From: the human T2T-CHM13v2.0 reference genome, Homo sapiens
Assembly: GCF_009914755.1 (NCBI RefSeq)
Contig: NC_060935.1
Length of the DNA stretch: 64,000 nt
Strand: one strand, 5' to 3'
The position numbers were made by a program, and so were the translations under genes. Below are positions 25,190-38,499 of this stretch, piece after piece. Below the pieces are notes generated by a model. It ran no database searches. It saw only the letters and a program-made list of their open reading frames with translations, and was not told where the DNA came from. Every line of letters starts with the position of its first letter. Within the stretch, counting starts at the first letter, position 1.

Positions 25190-26202
25190 TCATGGTTTCA
25201 TGGTTTCATGTGGAACCCACACTGCTTTTACTTTTTACTTGTCTCCAGGCAGAAGGGACAATGAATTGTGACTCGGAAATTAATCAGATGAGACCTGATG
25301 ACTGAAGTACATCACAGAGCTAGGAAGAGAGATTACTAAGCAACACGGTGAGAGCTCCATCCTCTGGGTATTCAGCCAACTACAGATCACTCAAAGGCAG
25401 ACATTCTGGGATCTTCCATCCATCAAGCTGAACCAGAGTACAAGGCCAAAACCAGTGAATGACAAAGCAACCCCATGCCCAGCTTAAGAGTTTCCTCAGA
25501 GAGTTTGTCTTGTAGGAGTCATTAGACACTAATTTGATTCTATTTGCATGTGCACACCCTGCCCTTTGCCAAACAGGGAGAGAATCACACTTGAGAGCTA
25601 GCGCTCAGCTCAGTCTCTTCTCCACACCACGCTAGTGCACCAAGAACAAGGTTATAGGTGTGGCAAAAAAACAAACCCTGCCAATGCTCTAAGTATATGT
25701 TTGATGTAATCTTATTTCTCATAAAATTAAGAGGATAATATTTTTAGGTGATGCAGAGTATGAGACTGTCATTAGGTTACTCTGAATCTCTTTCTCTCTC
25801 TCTCTTCATGGTAAAAATTAAGTTCCATTAGGAAAATTCTTCCTCCCCTTCCTTCCTCCCATTGGTCTTTCCTCCTAAGATCCAGGTAGCTCTGAGAAAG
25901 TTTGTTTCATCTATGCGTTGGCCTGGGAATCCTCCTCTTGTTAATCTACACAAATAAAATCATCTTAAAGATCGAAAGCTTTTGTACAAAAATGTCCTTC
26001 ATAGTGTTTTCTATATTAGCAAAATGTTGTACAAATAATACATAATCTAACATCTTAAAAAAGGGGAAATGATTAAATAAATTATAGCACAAAAATTCTG
26101 TGAGATATATAGGCGATGATTAGATGACAATGTCAGGTCAGTTCAATAAATACATGTTCATTAGTTCCCATATGCCAGGCACTGAAATAGGCATCTGTCT
26201 TA

Positions 26203-26290
26203 TATGTATACATATGTAACAAACCTGCACGTTGTGCACATGTACCCTAGAACTTAAAGTATAATTTAAAAATATATATATATAAAGAAA
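26203..26290 (+). mobile_element. L1PA extreme 3' end (severely 5'-truncated)
   Basis: tgtatacatatgtaacaaacctgcacgttgtgcacatgtaccctagaacttaaagtataat plus A/TA tail. Confidence 0.9.
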
Positions 26291-26780
26291 GATAAACAAG
26301 ATATGGACCCCTAAAGGAAACTCACTATTTTCAGATTGTAAGAGAAAACATTTGGATATATTAAATTGTAAAAGAACAATACATGAACTATGCTGGAAAA
26401 TGGTTTTTTTTATATATACACAGTATGTTCTTCACACCGTTACATTTCTCCTAATAACCCCATTAACATAACCCACACTCCCATCTTGCCACTGTGAGAT
26501 TGTCCTTCACTTCCTATCCGGGGTCAGGAAGAATTGCACTCCCAGGGATGTTCACACATATAATTCAGTCCTGTCATCCTTCTCACCGTGTGTCATCTTG
26601 AGCTAGTGTATCAGTGTTTTCAGTAGCCAGAGACTCACTTGCAGCCCATTCAGGGGAAGCCTTGGCCAGATCACTCTGCTAACCATCACTTCCTGCCCCA
26701 ACATTGTCCCCAGGGCCATCCAAGGAGAAAGAAGTAGAGAACAAGGGCAGTTTGCAGCCTCACAGAGTTGTTATTAGAAA

Positions 26781-26920
26781 CAGGCAGTTTCACATGGCCT
26801 CACGCAGACCTACACTGCCCCTGTCCATGGCTGTGATAGCATCTTAGATAGATGGTTCTAGGGAAAGGAAAGGATGAAAGAGTGGGCCTCTCAATCATGA
26901 TTGCCACCAACTTGGGCCTG
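26781..26920 (+). repeat. Inverted duplication, arm 1
   Basis: 127/140 identical to the reverse complement of 27449-27588, no indels (manual alignment). Confidence 0.95.
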
Positions 26921-27129
26921 AGCTCTTTACTGTCACTAGCAGAGAGATTAATCCCAAAGAAAATTCTTAGGGCTGGGCTGGGTGGTCAAGAGAGGCTCCT
27001 GAGCCAGCCTCACACTGTGCCCCACGACCTTTCCCCAGGGCAGTATCAGCTGTAATGAGGAGCGATGGCCAACAGATCAGTCACCCCTTGCCCTGGTGGG
27101 GTTCCCCTTTCCTCCATGGTAATGTAACT

Positions 27130-27685
27130 TCTGTATTTTAGTATCCTGAAGAAAGACTACATCGCGCATACTCCCCTGCGGGCAGGCAGGATAAGTTCTG
27201 GCCAATGGGATGCAAGCAAAATGGTTACAGCTTCCTTAAACCTTTCTTAAAAGGAAGCTGGGATATACCCTTTGCCCTATTTATTTATCCCTTCCTCCAT
27301 CTTGTTTTCTGGAATGCAGATATGCTGTGTAAAGCTTTAGTTGCCATTTGAATCATGAGAATGAGGACCATATTCTAGAGATGGAGAGGCATGAGCTAGG
27401 AGTTGCTTAAGAGGAGCAGAAATGCCTTACCAGCCATGCATAGCTTACCAGGCCCAAGTTGGTGCCAATCACACTTGAGAGGCCCACTGTTTCATCCTTT
27501 CCTCTCCCTAGAACCATCCATCTAAGATGCTGTCACAGCCATGGACAGGGGCAGTGCACATCTGTGTGAGGCCATGTGAAGCTGCCTGAGAGCAAAATAA
27601 CACTTTCTCTTCCTCCTCCTCCTTTTTTATTATTTTAAGCTATCGCTTATTTGGATCTCTGAAATTAGCAGCAGAATCTAATACA
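27130..27685 (+). mobile_element. LTR16-like ERVL LTR, interrupted by inverted-duplication arm 2
   Basis: aagactacat...taagttctggccaatgggatg...ctggaatgcagat...ttttaagct...ctaataca. Confidence 0.6.
27449..27588 (-). repeat. Inverted duplication, arm 2
   Basis: Reverse complement of 26781-26920. Confidence 0.95.
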
Positions 27686-28084
27686 GTGTCCCTTCCTCCC
27701 CATAATCTCAGTTGGTATCATCTCCAGAAGCTTTCAAAATGGAATATGGTCAGCTTCTCCATCCTTTCTTCCTCTCTCAGTAAGCTCCATAATTCTTATG
27801 CTGATTTCTTCATGACCACCTCAGTAACCTTTGAATACTTCATACCAAGGGAAGTGGGAAGTATAACCTCTGTCAAACCAAAAACTTGTGTTATAAACAA
27901 CCTAAGTATTAAATATAGCAAATGTGATTAACTGTTAGTCATAGGATGATTTTTATTTCTTCCCATTTCTAAATTTTCTTATTTTCTTCAATGAGCATTT
28001 ATTGCCTTTATAATTAAAAGTAAACAACCTAATAAAAAGATCTGTTATGTCTCAAATCAAAAAATGTAGAAATGCCTCTGAGGA

Positions 28085-28655
28085 TGTGATGGTTAATATT
28101 AGATGTCTACTTGATTGGATTGAAGGATGCCTAGATAACTGGTAAATTATTGTTTCTGGGTGTGTCTGTGAGGGTGTTGCCAGAGGAGATGGACATATGA
28201 GTCAGTGGATTGGGAGAGGATGACCCACTCTCCCTCAATGCACGTGGGCACCATCCAATCGGCTGCCAGTGCAGCTAGAACAAAGCAGACAGAAGAAGGT
28301 GGGATAAGCTGGCTTGCTGAGTCTTCTGGCTTTCATCTTTCTCCTATACTGGATACTTCCTGCCCTTGGACATTAGACTCCAGGCTCTTCAGCCTTTGGA
28401 CTCTTGGACTTATACTAGTAGTTTGCTGGGGGCTCTCAGGCCTTTGGCCACAGACTAAAGGCTACACTGTTAGCTTCCTTACTTTTGAGGTTTTTGGACT
28501 CGGACTGAGCCACAACTCACTTGCTACCTCCTCAGCTTGCAGACGGCCTATCATGGGAATTGTGATCATGTGAGCCAATTCTCTGTAACAAACTCCTTTT
28601 CATATGTACATCTATTATATTACTTCTGTCTCTCTGGAGAACCCTGACTAATACA
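28085..28655 (+). mobile_element. MLT2A2-like (HERV-L) solo LTR
   Basis: tgtgatggttaatatt...ttgattggattgaaggatgcctaga...ctggagaaccctgactaataca; TSD gagga/gaaga. Confidence 0.9.
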
Positions 28656-30057
28656 GAAGACAACCCAAAAGTCCAGAGGATAATTGGTATTGTCAGAGTG
28701 GGCAAAGAAAGGAGTGATGCCCCTCTTAAGGAACCATGTACAGAAGGTGAATTTGGCCAGTTACCATGCCAAGTGACTTGCATGTGCTATCTCTAGTATA
28801 CATAAACCCCAAAGACAGGTACTGTCTCTGTTTCATAGATAAGAAATTATAAGGCTCAGAAAAATTAAATATTTTCCTCAAGGTCACACAGCTGGATAGA
28901 GTTGGAATTTGAATTCAAGACTCCCCAACTAGAAAGCCCATACCATGTCGCCATACGAAGCTATTTTACTTGCCTAGATATTTTAAGAATTGGACTCACC
29001 ATATCACCCTTATGAGAGTCAGAACTCTAACTGTTGGTTACACATGTAAGAAACCCCAACCCAAGCTACAATAAGAAAAGAGAATTAACTGGCTCACAAA
29101 GCTAAAAGTCTGGGGGCAGGGGGTGGGGGATAGTTTTAGCTTCAGCTTGACTGGAGCTCAAACCATTTCATCAGAACTCATTTTTCTGTCTTTCAGCCCT
29201 TTTTTTCAGACATCTCAGTTGACAACCTGAGCAATAGCTCTGACCTGGAAGCATCCAGCTTTGTAGCCAAAGAGAAAAAGCGCAGACCTTTGTCCCAGAA
29301 TTCTCATCAAAAGTGTCTTTCATCTCATTGGCCCTGTGTGAGTCATGTGCCCACCCCTAAACCAATCACCATGGCCTCAGGAATGCATTGTGTTGAGTAG
29401 TTTAGGCTGGGGTCAGTTTTATCCCCATCCAAACAACAGAGCTGAAATCCGAGGAGAAATGATTTCCCAAAGAAAATTCCAAGGATCATTTAACAGAAGA
29501 AATGTACAAGATTCTGGGGACAGAACTACAGGCATCCCCCAAGCTCCCAAGGCCTGTAACAAACTTCCACTGCCCTAGGACTCAGCCTCCTGAGGAACCA
29601 CTTCTCTGTGTAAATACTTAAACCCATCCCATGGCTGACACGCACGTGGCCCATGGAAAAGTGGCTTCTGTAGGACACACCTCCTCCTTTTCCCAAATGG
29701 ACTTTGTTCTTAAAATCCTTTAATGAGGAGCAAGCAAGCATCACTCATCTATCTGGATGTGGACTCAGGGCCAGAGGCATTTGATGATTTATTAATTGAC
29801 CCACCAAATCTAGTTCGTCCCCATAGGCCAGTGCTAACAGGCCATTTCATTTATTACTTGGCAAAGTTTGACCTCATGAAGCAGATCCCTTTTCAATTAC
29901 TTCTTACAGAAAAATTTCCTTTGGCAATTCAGTGCAATGAACTTTTATTAAGCACCAAGTATGTGTCATGGACTGCTGGGCTGGGTACAAAGATGTGCTC
30001 ACAACCCAGCAGATGGAACAGGTCTGTGAATGAATGAGTGCAGTGCTGTTCAGACAA

Positions 30058-30528
30058 TGTTCTATTCATTTTCTAAGGCAGCCATAAGAAATTGCCACAA
30101 ACTTGGTGGTTTCACACAAAAGAAATTTATTCACTCACACTTCTGGAGGCCAGAAGTCTGAAATCAAGGCATTGGCAGGGCTGGTTCCTTCTGGAAACTC
30201 TGAGGAACAATCAGTTCCATGCCTCTCTCCTAGCTTCTGGTTTCCATCAGCAATCCTTGGCGTTCCCTGATTTGTAGACGGGTGGCTGCGATCTCTCTAT
30301 CTCCATCTCTGACTTCTGTCTCCGTCTTCACCTGGCCTTCCCCTCCGTGTCTGTTAAATCTCCTTCTGCCTTTTCTCATTGGATCTTGGGCCTACCCTAA
30401 TCCAAGATGATTGAAACTCAAGATCCTTAACTTAATATTATCTACCAAGACCCCTTTTCACAATAAGGTTGCATTGACAGGTTCTGAGTGGGTGTGTCTT
30501 TTGGGAATCCACCATTTCACCCACAGCA
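30058..30528 (-). mobile_element. MLT1C-like LTR
   Basis: ccacaaacttggtgg...ttctggaggccagaagtctgaaatcaagg...gcaatccttggcgttcc. Confidence 0.85.
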
Positions 30529-33339
30529 GTTGCTTTGCAGGGTGTGGCGATGCATCAGAGGGGAGAGTGGATTTCTGTCTTTAGAAGGTGACAGCAGTGG
30601 TGTCCTTACAGAGGAGAGCATGTCTGAGCTCTTCACAAGGACAGAGGGGGTTATCAGGAAGGAAAGGCATTCCAGGAAATAGCAGGTGTTAAGGCAGAGA
30701 GCAGAGAAGGAGCAGTCACCTTCAGGGAACAAACAGTCATGTGGCATGGCTGAAACAAGGGAGAGAGTGACCAAAGAAGAGGCTTGACAGGGAGGTGGGG
30801 GCCTGAGAGCCTCGGGAAGGAGTCTGGACTTGAGCCCATGGGTAACACGGAGCTGTTACAGAGCCACTGCAGAAACAACAGGTTTGTCCTATATGAATGA
30901 GTGCTTGGGTCTACTCAAAGGGTCTTAAGGATTTTCAGCATTTCCTTTGTAACCTTGGCAAATAATAGATTGTGAGCAATGTAAAAGCAAGATTCACATT
31001 TGATTTACCTTTGTGTCTTGCACAATTCCTATGTCTAGCATGTAGTCCTTGCTCAGTAAACATGTTCTTTTTAATGAATGAACAGAAAAGAGCTGAAAAG
31101 GGTAATTGCCAAGGGTTGAAGGCCTCGGGTTCTCACCTTTCAGAGGCAGTGTGGGACTCGAATGCAGAACCTGTGGGCCTGAGACTCTCCAAATCACAGT
31201 GCTGTCACTTATGAGCTCTGTGGTCTCAGACAACCCCTTCCCCACCTGGGTTTCGGTCTGCCCATCTGAATGATGGAAATGACCACCACCCTCATAAACA
31301 CCACAGGTGAGTGTCTAAACATCAGGCAGTGCATGGCCTGCCCCAGGCAGCTCCCAATAAGCAGGAGTTGGATCTAAAGAGACTCAAGTGCTCCAGGATG
31401 AGGGCCCAGAGTCAGAGCTGGCTGTATTAGCATCTTCAGCTGTTCTGAGGCCAGTAGCTCAGCAGGACATTGGTGACACATCTGGATTAGGACAGCCCTG
31501 GGCTATGGCCAGTGTCAGGGGCATGCTTCTGTGACAAGTCATGGTGCTGCCTGCACAGCTGCTCTCTGAGAGAACTAGAACTTAGCCTCTAGAAGGTGGG
31601 TACAGGTGGGCTGCAGAGAGGCCAAGGTGGAGCCCTGCTGAACACAGAACCTGCAGGCTTTCCTCCCTGACCCGGGTCCACTCAGGCCAGCTGCTCAGCT
31701 CCTGGGTCCTGTAGGCTGCCCCGGGAAGCCCAAGGAGAGAGCTGAAATGTTGCTTTGTGCTCCACAGTCCTCTTCTAGGGTGGGGCCCTGGCTCTCATGT
31801 GGTGCCTCTGTCAACTAGGAATGTCCGCTGTGGCCTCCCTGACTACACCCTGCTCTGAGGCCACCCCCAATACTGTCCTGCACTGCCATTTAAGTGCCAG
31901 ATTAACAACACCCTCTTTTCTCTGGTGTCTGGTCCAGAAACGACAGCTCTTGGGGCAAGCTGGCTAGAACCTAAGTTTTCCTTGAGAATTTGGATTGAGG
32001 ACACTGAATCCATTGGCTGCAGGTCAGGCTGCAAGGCTCTCTAGCATCCTTGGTGCTGGAGTTCACAACATAGCCATGCACAAATCTCAAATATGAAAAG
32101 CAGAAATGAGTAGTCCTGTGGAGAGAAGAGGGAAGGCAAGAGTGGTTCTGCCCAGGAGCCCAGGGATGAAGTTGGAGGGGCAGAAGATACATTGTAGTCA
32201 TTGTGAAAAGTCCCATAAGAGAGGGATGTAGTAAGTGCTGTGGGTCACCGAAGAGAGAACCACCAAATCCCTGGGATCATTAGAGAAGTCTCCACTGAAG
32301 AGTTACCACTGAGCTGGACCTTGAAGGAGACCTAGGAGTCCATCAGAGTAAAAATAGAGGAAAGGTCATCCCAGGAAGAGGGAGCAGCTTGTGCGAAGGT
32401 GTGTAGGAATTAAGTCTAGTGTGACTTCCAGCCCCTGCTGACCTCATTCTCTTCTGCAATCTTGATGCACTGACTTGGAATGCCCACAGGTTACTGCAAT
32501 GCCCAGTAGAAAGACACTGAGTTGGTCTCTTCCGTATCCATGGAAGCACATTCATTTGGGTGGTCTCTGCCTCAGTAAACCAAGTATTCCACCCAGGACT
32601 GTGCAGAAAGCTGATCCCCAAGAAGAATAGCTCCATTGCCGTGAAGCCCCACTGTCTTGGCCCAGTTCCAGGGATGCAAACCCCTCATGGCATGTCCTAC
32701 CTTCTGCTCCTTCGTCTTCAGGACCATCTGATCCAAGCCTGCAATCTGACCCTTCCCTCAATGTTGACCTCATCCAGGAAGTGCCTCTCTCCCTTCAGGA
32801 AGACCCACATCTGAATCACCTCAGCATCCAGGATCCTGCCTTGTCCCCAGCCCTCACGGTCCAAATGCCCTGGCAGATCTGTCCTGACCTGTTCCTATTA
32901 AAGGGGCTCAGTTAAAGTATAGATTTTTGTGTACTATTTCTGTGCCTGGCAGTAAGGCGCCGATAAACTCTGAAAAGCCCTCCCACTGGATCCTGCACTA
33001 ATTACAACAAACAGAATTCTTAATGCATTCCTGGGCTCCCTAGAAAGTAAGAGAAATTTCCATGGCCAAATGTGGCCAAAAAAAAAAAAAAGTTCAGCAA
33101 ACTGAAATTCACATGTAAAAGGCAGAGTTTTCTTGAGGGAAAATGTCAATGCTGTGATAAAGAGATTAATCCCTGTGTGGAAGGCAAGGTCAGAGACCTG
33201 AGTCCAAGACTTCAACTTTAACCAGGGGGACTTTGAAGGGAACTAAAATGAATCCAGATTTCTAGACCTCCATGGCTGACAGCAGACATATATCAATCGT
33301 TTATGAAAAAAAAAAACCTCTGACAAGATTCTTAAATAA

Positions 33340-35650
33340 AATCAGTTCAAAATGAGCTCACAATAGAAATTACCAAACACATATGGAATAGGCAAGAGCC
33401 AACAGAATGACAAACAGATTTGTACCTTCAAAAGCTTGGAATACTGGATTTATAATAAACACGCTATTAATATTAAAATAGTCCTATTTTAAAGAGATAA
33501 TGAAAATATGGAGCTAAAAATGTACAAGGAATGAGAAACAGTCAGAAATAGACAAACATACAAAAATGAGTAACTTAAAAATTTTAGAAATGAAAACAAC
33601 ATTGTTGAAAATGTAGTAAATAAAACAGTAGATTAGAGACAATTGAATAGAGAGTTAGTGATCTGGAAGATACAGCTGAAGAAATTTATGAGAATGTAGC
33701 TCATACAGGGAAATGGAAAATACGGAGGGTAAGTGATGTGAAGAATAAAATGAGAAGGCACAGTAAGAAATCAGAGAGTCAATATTCAAAGGAGTAATGA
33801 ATAAGATTTCCAGAATTTTTCCAGATGAAAAGGTGTAAATCTATAGACACAGAGCCATAAATATACAAGGCAAAACTAAACAGATAAAGCTGTACCTATA
33901 ATATTGTAGTAAGCATGCAGAAAAACCAACAGCAAAGAGAATATCTTAAAAGCAGCCAGAGAGAAAAGGCAATCAGCCCCAAAGGAATACAATTATATTG
34001 AAAGCAAAGTTCTCAATAGTAATGGAAGCCAGAACATAGTAGAATATTATATATAGTAGAATATAATATTCTAATATAGAATTCTAATATAGAATATTAG
34101 AATATTATATTCTGCAAAAAATAATAACTAGCTAAAGGAACTATCTTTCAAGGATGAGGACAAAATAGACATTTCAGATAAACAAAAAGTGAGTTTACAA
34201 TAAGCTGACCTTCACTAAAAGAATTTCTAAAAATGAACTTAAGAAAGAGAGATGATGATCTCATAAGAAGTGCAATAAAAAATAAAGAAATTGGTAAACG
34301 TGGGTAAATGTAAACCAGACATTGTCTCAATAGAAAATATAATAGTAGCAACAACAATAGCAATATGAGAATGTATAATATAGTCATGTGCTGCAGAGCA
34401 ACAATTTGGTCAACAATGAACTGCATATAGGACGGTGGTTCCATAAGATTATAATGCTGTATTTTTATTGTACCTTTTCTACATTTATATACACAAATAG
34501 CTATCATTGTGCCATAGTTGCCTACAGTATTCAGTACAGTAACATTCTGTACAGGTTTATAGCCTAGGAGCAATAGGCTATGCCAGATAGCCTAGGTGTG
34601 TCGTAGGCTATATAATCTAGGTTGTTGTAAGTACATTCTATGATATTCCCACAGCTACAAAATCACCTAAGGACACATTTTTCAGAATATATTCCCATCG
34701 TTAAGTAACACATGACTGTTTATGAGGTTAAAAAGGATAGACCTACAATACTCAATGACAATACCATGTAAGTCAGGAAAAACGTGACTGCAATTAAAAC
34801 ATTTCAACATTCTTGTGTTGCTTCTTTTACTATTGAGGGGAAATATTTAATATACGATTTAATATATCATGTAATGATGTTAAGCATACAAGGTAAAAAG
34901 CAAATGCAATAACTAAAATAGAAACTAAATGTATAACTTAAAAAATGTAGAAATGACAAGTTAAACCAACAATGACTATTTAAAAAACAATTATTTAAAA
35001 AGCAAGAGAAGGAGGTAGTACAGAATACAAGGCAAAGAGAAAGTTCAGAGTAAGCTCTTGTAAGAAACCAAAAAAATAAAATAAAATAAAAAATCATAAC
35101 AAATATAAAAAACCTAATGTCACCCATTAAACTACAGAGTACCAGATTGGATTAAAAATATAGCTATATGCTGTTTAAAAGAGATATATCTAAAACATAA
35201 GAACACAAAAAGATTGAAAGTAAAAGAAGGGAAAAATTGACCAAGGTTATTGATCAAGGTTAACTAAATAAACCTGGGGTAGCTATATTAATATAAAACA
35301 TATACTTTAAAAAAAAACACTGGAGCCCCCATTACATTAAAATAATAGGTTCAATTTCTAGGAAATTATAAAGGCTACTAACTTACATTGAATTAATACA
35401 ATAGCTTTAAACTTATTGTAAACAGAGAAAATGTAAAATTCATTGTGGAAGAGTTCAACATATTTAAGTATTGATATATCAAGCAGATAAAAATTTACAA
35501 AGAATATGGAAATTTGAACAATCCAATCAATGGGTGTAGTTAATACTTTCTATCCAGTAACTGGTTGATGCACATCTTTTCAAGTACACATAGAACATTT
35601 GCAAAAATAGTACGGGTATTAGGCCATAAAATAGTTCACAACCAGTTTCA
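33340..35650 (+). mobile_element. Old L1M fragment (ORF1 and start of ORF2), decayed
   Basis: A-rich; atcttaaaagcagccagagagaaaag (ORF1) and gattggattaaaa...ctatatgctgttta...gattgaaagtaaaag (endonuclease region). Confidence 0.75.
34381..34718 (+). mobile_element. Tigger3a inserted in L1M
   Basis: tagtcatgtgctgc...gcctaggagcaataggcta...catgactg; same family as 2194-2536. Confidence 0.9.
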
Positions 35651-36956
35651 ACCATGTTCCTGACTACTGGGCAAAGCAAGCATATGTCAGTTGACAAACA
35701 GATAAACAAAAACACCGCCACTATGACCACAACCACCACCCCACCACCACCACCAGAGGCTGGATAGGCCGATCTATTCCACAAAGTTATTCAGCAAATT
35801 CCCTCTCTTCCATTTCATTGCTTGATCATTCCTTAGGATATTGTCCTCATCTGCATGGTTGAACTTTGGTCATGGACACATTTGTCTGCCAGGTTGCAGG
35901 AGAAAGAGTCCAAGTTCCGCAATTTTATTTAAACTCACATTTCACTGGTGATAATCATATAGATGGGTCACATTCAGCTCAATGCAGGCTGAAAAATGCA
36001 GTCTCTGGCTATGCAGTTGTGTCCAGGAAACCATAGAGAGTAGAGCGGGATGATCACTCGGCAGTTTGCCACATTCCCTAACTCACTGTATGAAGTGTAA
36101 TACTGTTACCAAAACGACAGAACAGCAGGAAAAGAAAATTGCTGGCCAATTTCACTCATGAAAAGAGATATAAAAATTCTAAATAGGAAGAGGAAAAAAC
36201 CTGACAATTTAGACAACATATAAACAGAATTAAGTATTCTAGCAGATTTGTTTTAATGATCACCTCAGAGTGGATCCAGTATCTCAGTTGATTCTTGCAG
36301 ATGAGAAAAAACCAAGAGGAGCTCAATGATTCATTTGAGGGCACACAGCAAGCTGAAGGCCCCAAGTGCCCACCTTCCACCCCACACTCCTTGGATGCTG
36401 TCCAGACACGTAAAGCAGCCAGGATGCTTGAAGGGGACCACACCCTTTGTAGTTACACAACAATTAATTTCATTGAGGCAAGCCCTTTATTTTCTATTCT
36501 TATTCATTAACTTCACGAGCATTTGGAGAGCACTTACTTTACAGAGCACCCCGACATGCATTACTCCTTTAATTTCCACAGGAACCCAGTGAAGTAGGTG
36601 GTGGTATCGCCATTTTGCAAATGAAGGAAGAATTGGCCTCTTGGATGACTGTGTCCATCTACTCTTTCCTGGAAATCCCAGCCACTGCTAGGTCCCTAGA
36701 CGTGTTCCCTGCAGAATCGTACCACACATTCCCTTTTGGAAAACTTCATCTTCCTGAAGGTGTCTCTGGGGCCCAGGGTCAGCTTTGGTTTTGAGAAATC
36801 TCAGAGGGCAGAGCCTTCAGGACAGAGGGTCACAGGCAGTTGGCTGGCTTCAGCAAGTGTGATCCTCCCACTGTTCCTGAAAGGGCCCCAGCCAGCTACT
36901 GTAAAGTCCTCATTTGAAGACTGCAGCAGAATTACAGCTCTCCTCCCCTCTCTACA

Positions 36957-36957
<1 letters not shown>

Positions 36958-36992
<35 letters not shown>
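36958..36992. repeat. (CA)n microsatellite
   Basis: About 17 pure units. Confidence 0.98.
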
Positions 36993-36994
<2 letters not shown>

Positions 36995-38499
36995 CACATA
37001 TTAATAGATGGACAGGAAGCCCTGCCATGGGGGGAAGAGGGTTGGATTAGGAATCACACACCCGAGTTCTGGTCTGGGCTCTGTCACTTTCAGAGCTTCA
37101 TCTGTAACGCACACTGTGAGGCTTCTGTGAGCAGCTAGATGTGGGGGGATGTTCTGGCGAAAGGTAAGAAGATGCTTACTGGCAGCATCGTTATCCTCCA
37201 TTCCAGGACTTTTTCTGTTCTCTGACTCAGCAGCCTCCCTTGAGCATTGGAGATGGTCAAGCAACCCACAGCTCCGATCTGCGTTAAGTGGAATAGAGAT
37301 TCAACTCCTGTTACAAAACCTCCAAATAAATAGCTTAATAAGTAGCTTAAATAAAGTGGAAATGCATTTCTCTCTTATGTAACAAGCAACCCAGGCCTGA
37401 TGTCACGGCTCTATGTGGTCGGTGGCCCAGGACTCTTTCATCTGTTGCTCTGCCATCGCTTGGGTGTTACCCTCACCGTATGGTCCAAACGGCTGCCACC
37501 ACCTCCGTGTTCCAGGAAGCAGGCTGCAGAAACAAGGGCTCGCTCTGTCCCTTCACAACATAATCCAGAAATTGTTCACACGCCTTTCCCTCAGTCCCAC
37601 TGGGCAGAAGGTAGTCATATGTAACTAGGTGTGGTCACACCTAGTTACAGTGGAGGCTGGGATGTATAGTTATTAGCTACACAGCCATATATCCCATTAA
37701 AATCTTTGCTAACATAGAAAGTGGGGTGCACAGACATTGGGGGACTTTTTCAGTCTTTTCCACACCATCCCCCCCTTCCACATTTAAGAAGAATGAGGAA
37801 CTTCTTGGACTGAAAACGGACTTTCTAATAGTGTTCTATTTTGGCATGCATTTTGAATGACTTATTGGAGTTTCAGTTGTGGAGTCATTAAGTCAGAAAA
37901 TTCAGCAAATAAGCACCAGCCCCACACTGGTCGCCTCAGGAGTAAAATCGGGAACACCCTCCACCCTGCTCTCTAGGGAGAAACTTGCACCAGCTGCTAC
38001 AGGGCAGAGACCAGCCTGGACCATCCATGAAGGGGGCTTCCCAATAGCTAGCGGCATGGCCACCAAGCAGAACTCCCCCAGCACTGGGAAGGTTCTGCCC
38101 TGAGTCCTCTGCTCTTTCCCTCCTTGGGGCAGAAATGAACACCTGGAAAGTCCAGGTCCACTAGTCCACCATTTGTCTCCCTGTCTATAAAAAAGGCAAT
38201 GAGTGGGGGCAGGGCACAAAGCCCAGAGCTGGGGCTTAAGGAGTGCCTCACCCTCAGTGAGAGGCTGTGCCATCATAGTCATTGGCAAATTCACAGCTCT
38301 GAGGAATGGCAAGGTGTGTGTCTGGGTGGACGTAGCCAGGAGCTCAGGGGTCATTCCTGGAAAACTGCAGAATCCTGTTGAAGACTGACTGCTCAGTGAC
38401 AAAAGCCAAATGCCACCTCTGGCACCAGAGGAGCTGAGTGATCACACCTAGTCTACCAGGGTCCTCGTATAAAGAAAATCAGAATGCCAATGTTAGTTT

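Noticed and set aside
27531-27552. REST/RE1-like CCATGGACAG
   Set aside because: Only the right half matches; half-sites near 13111 and 54450 are likewise incomplete
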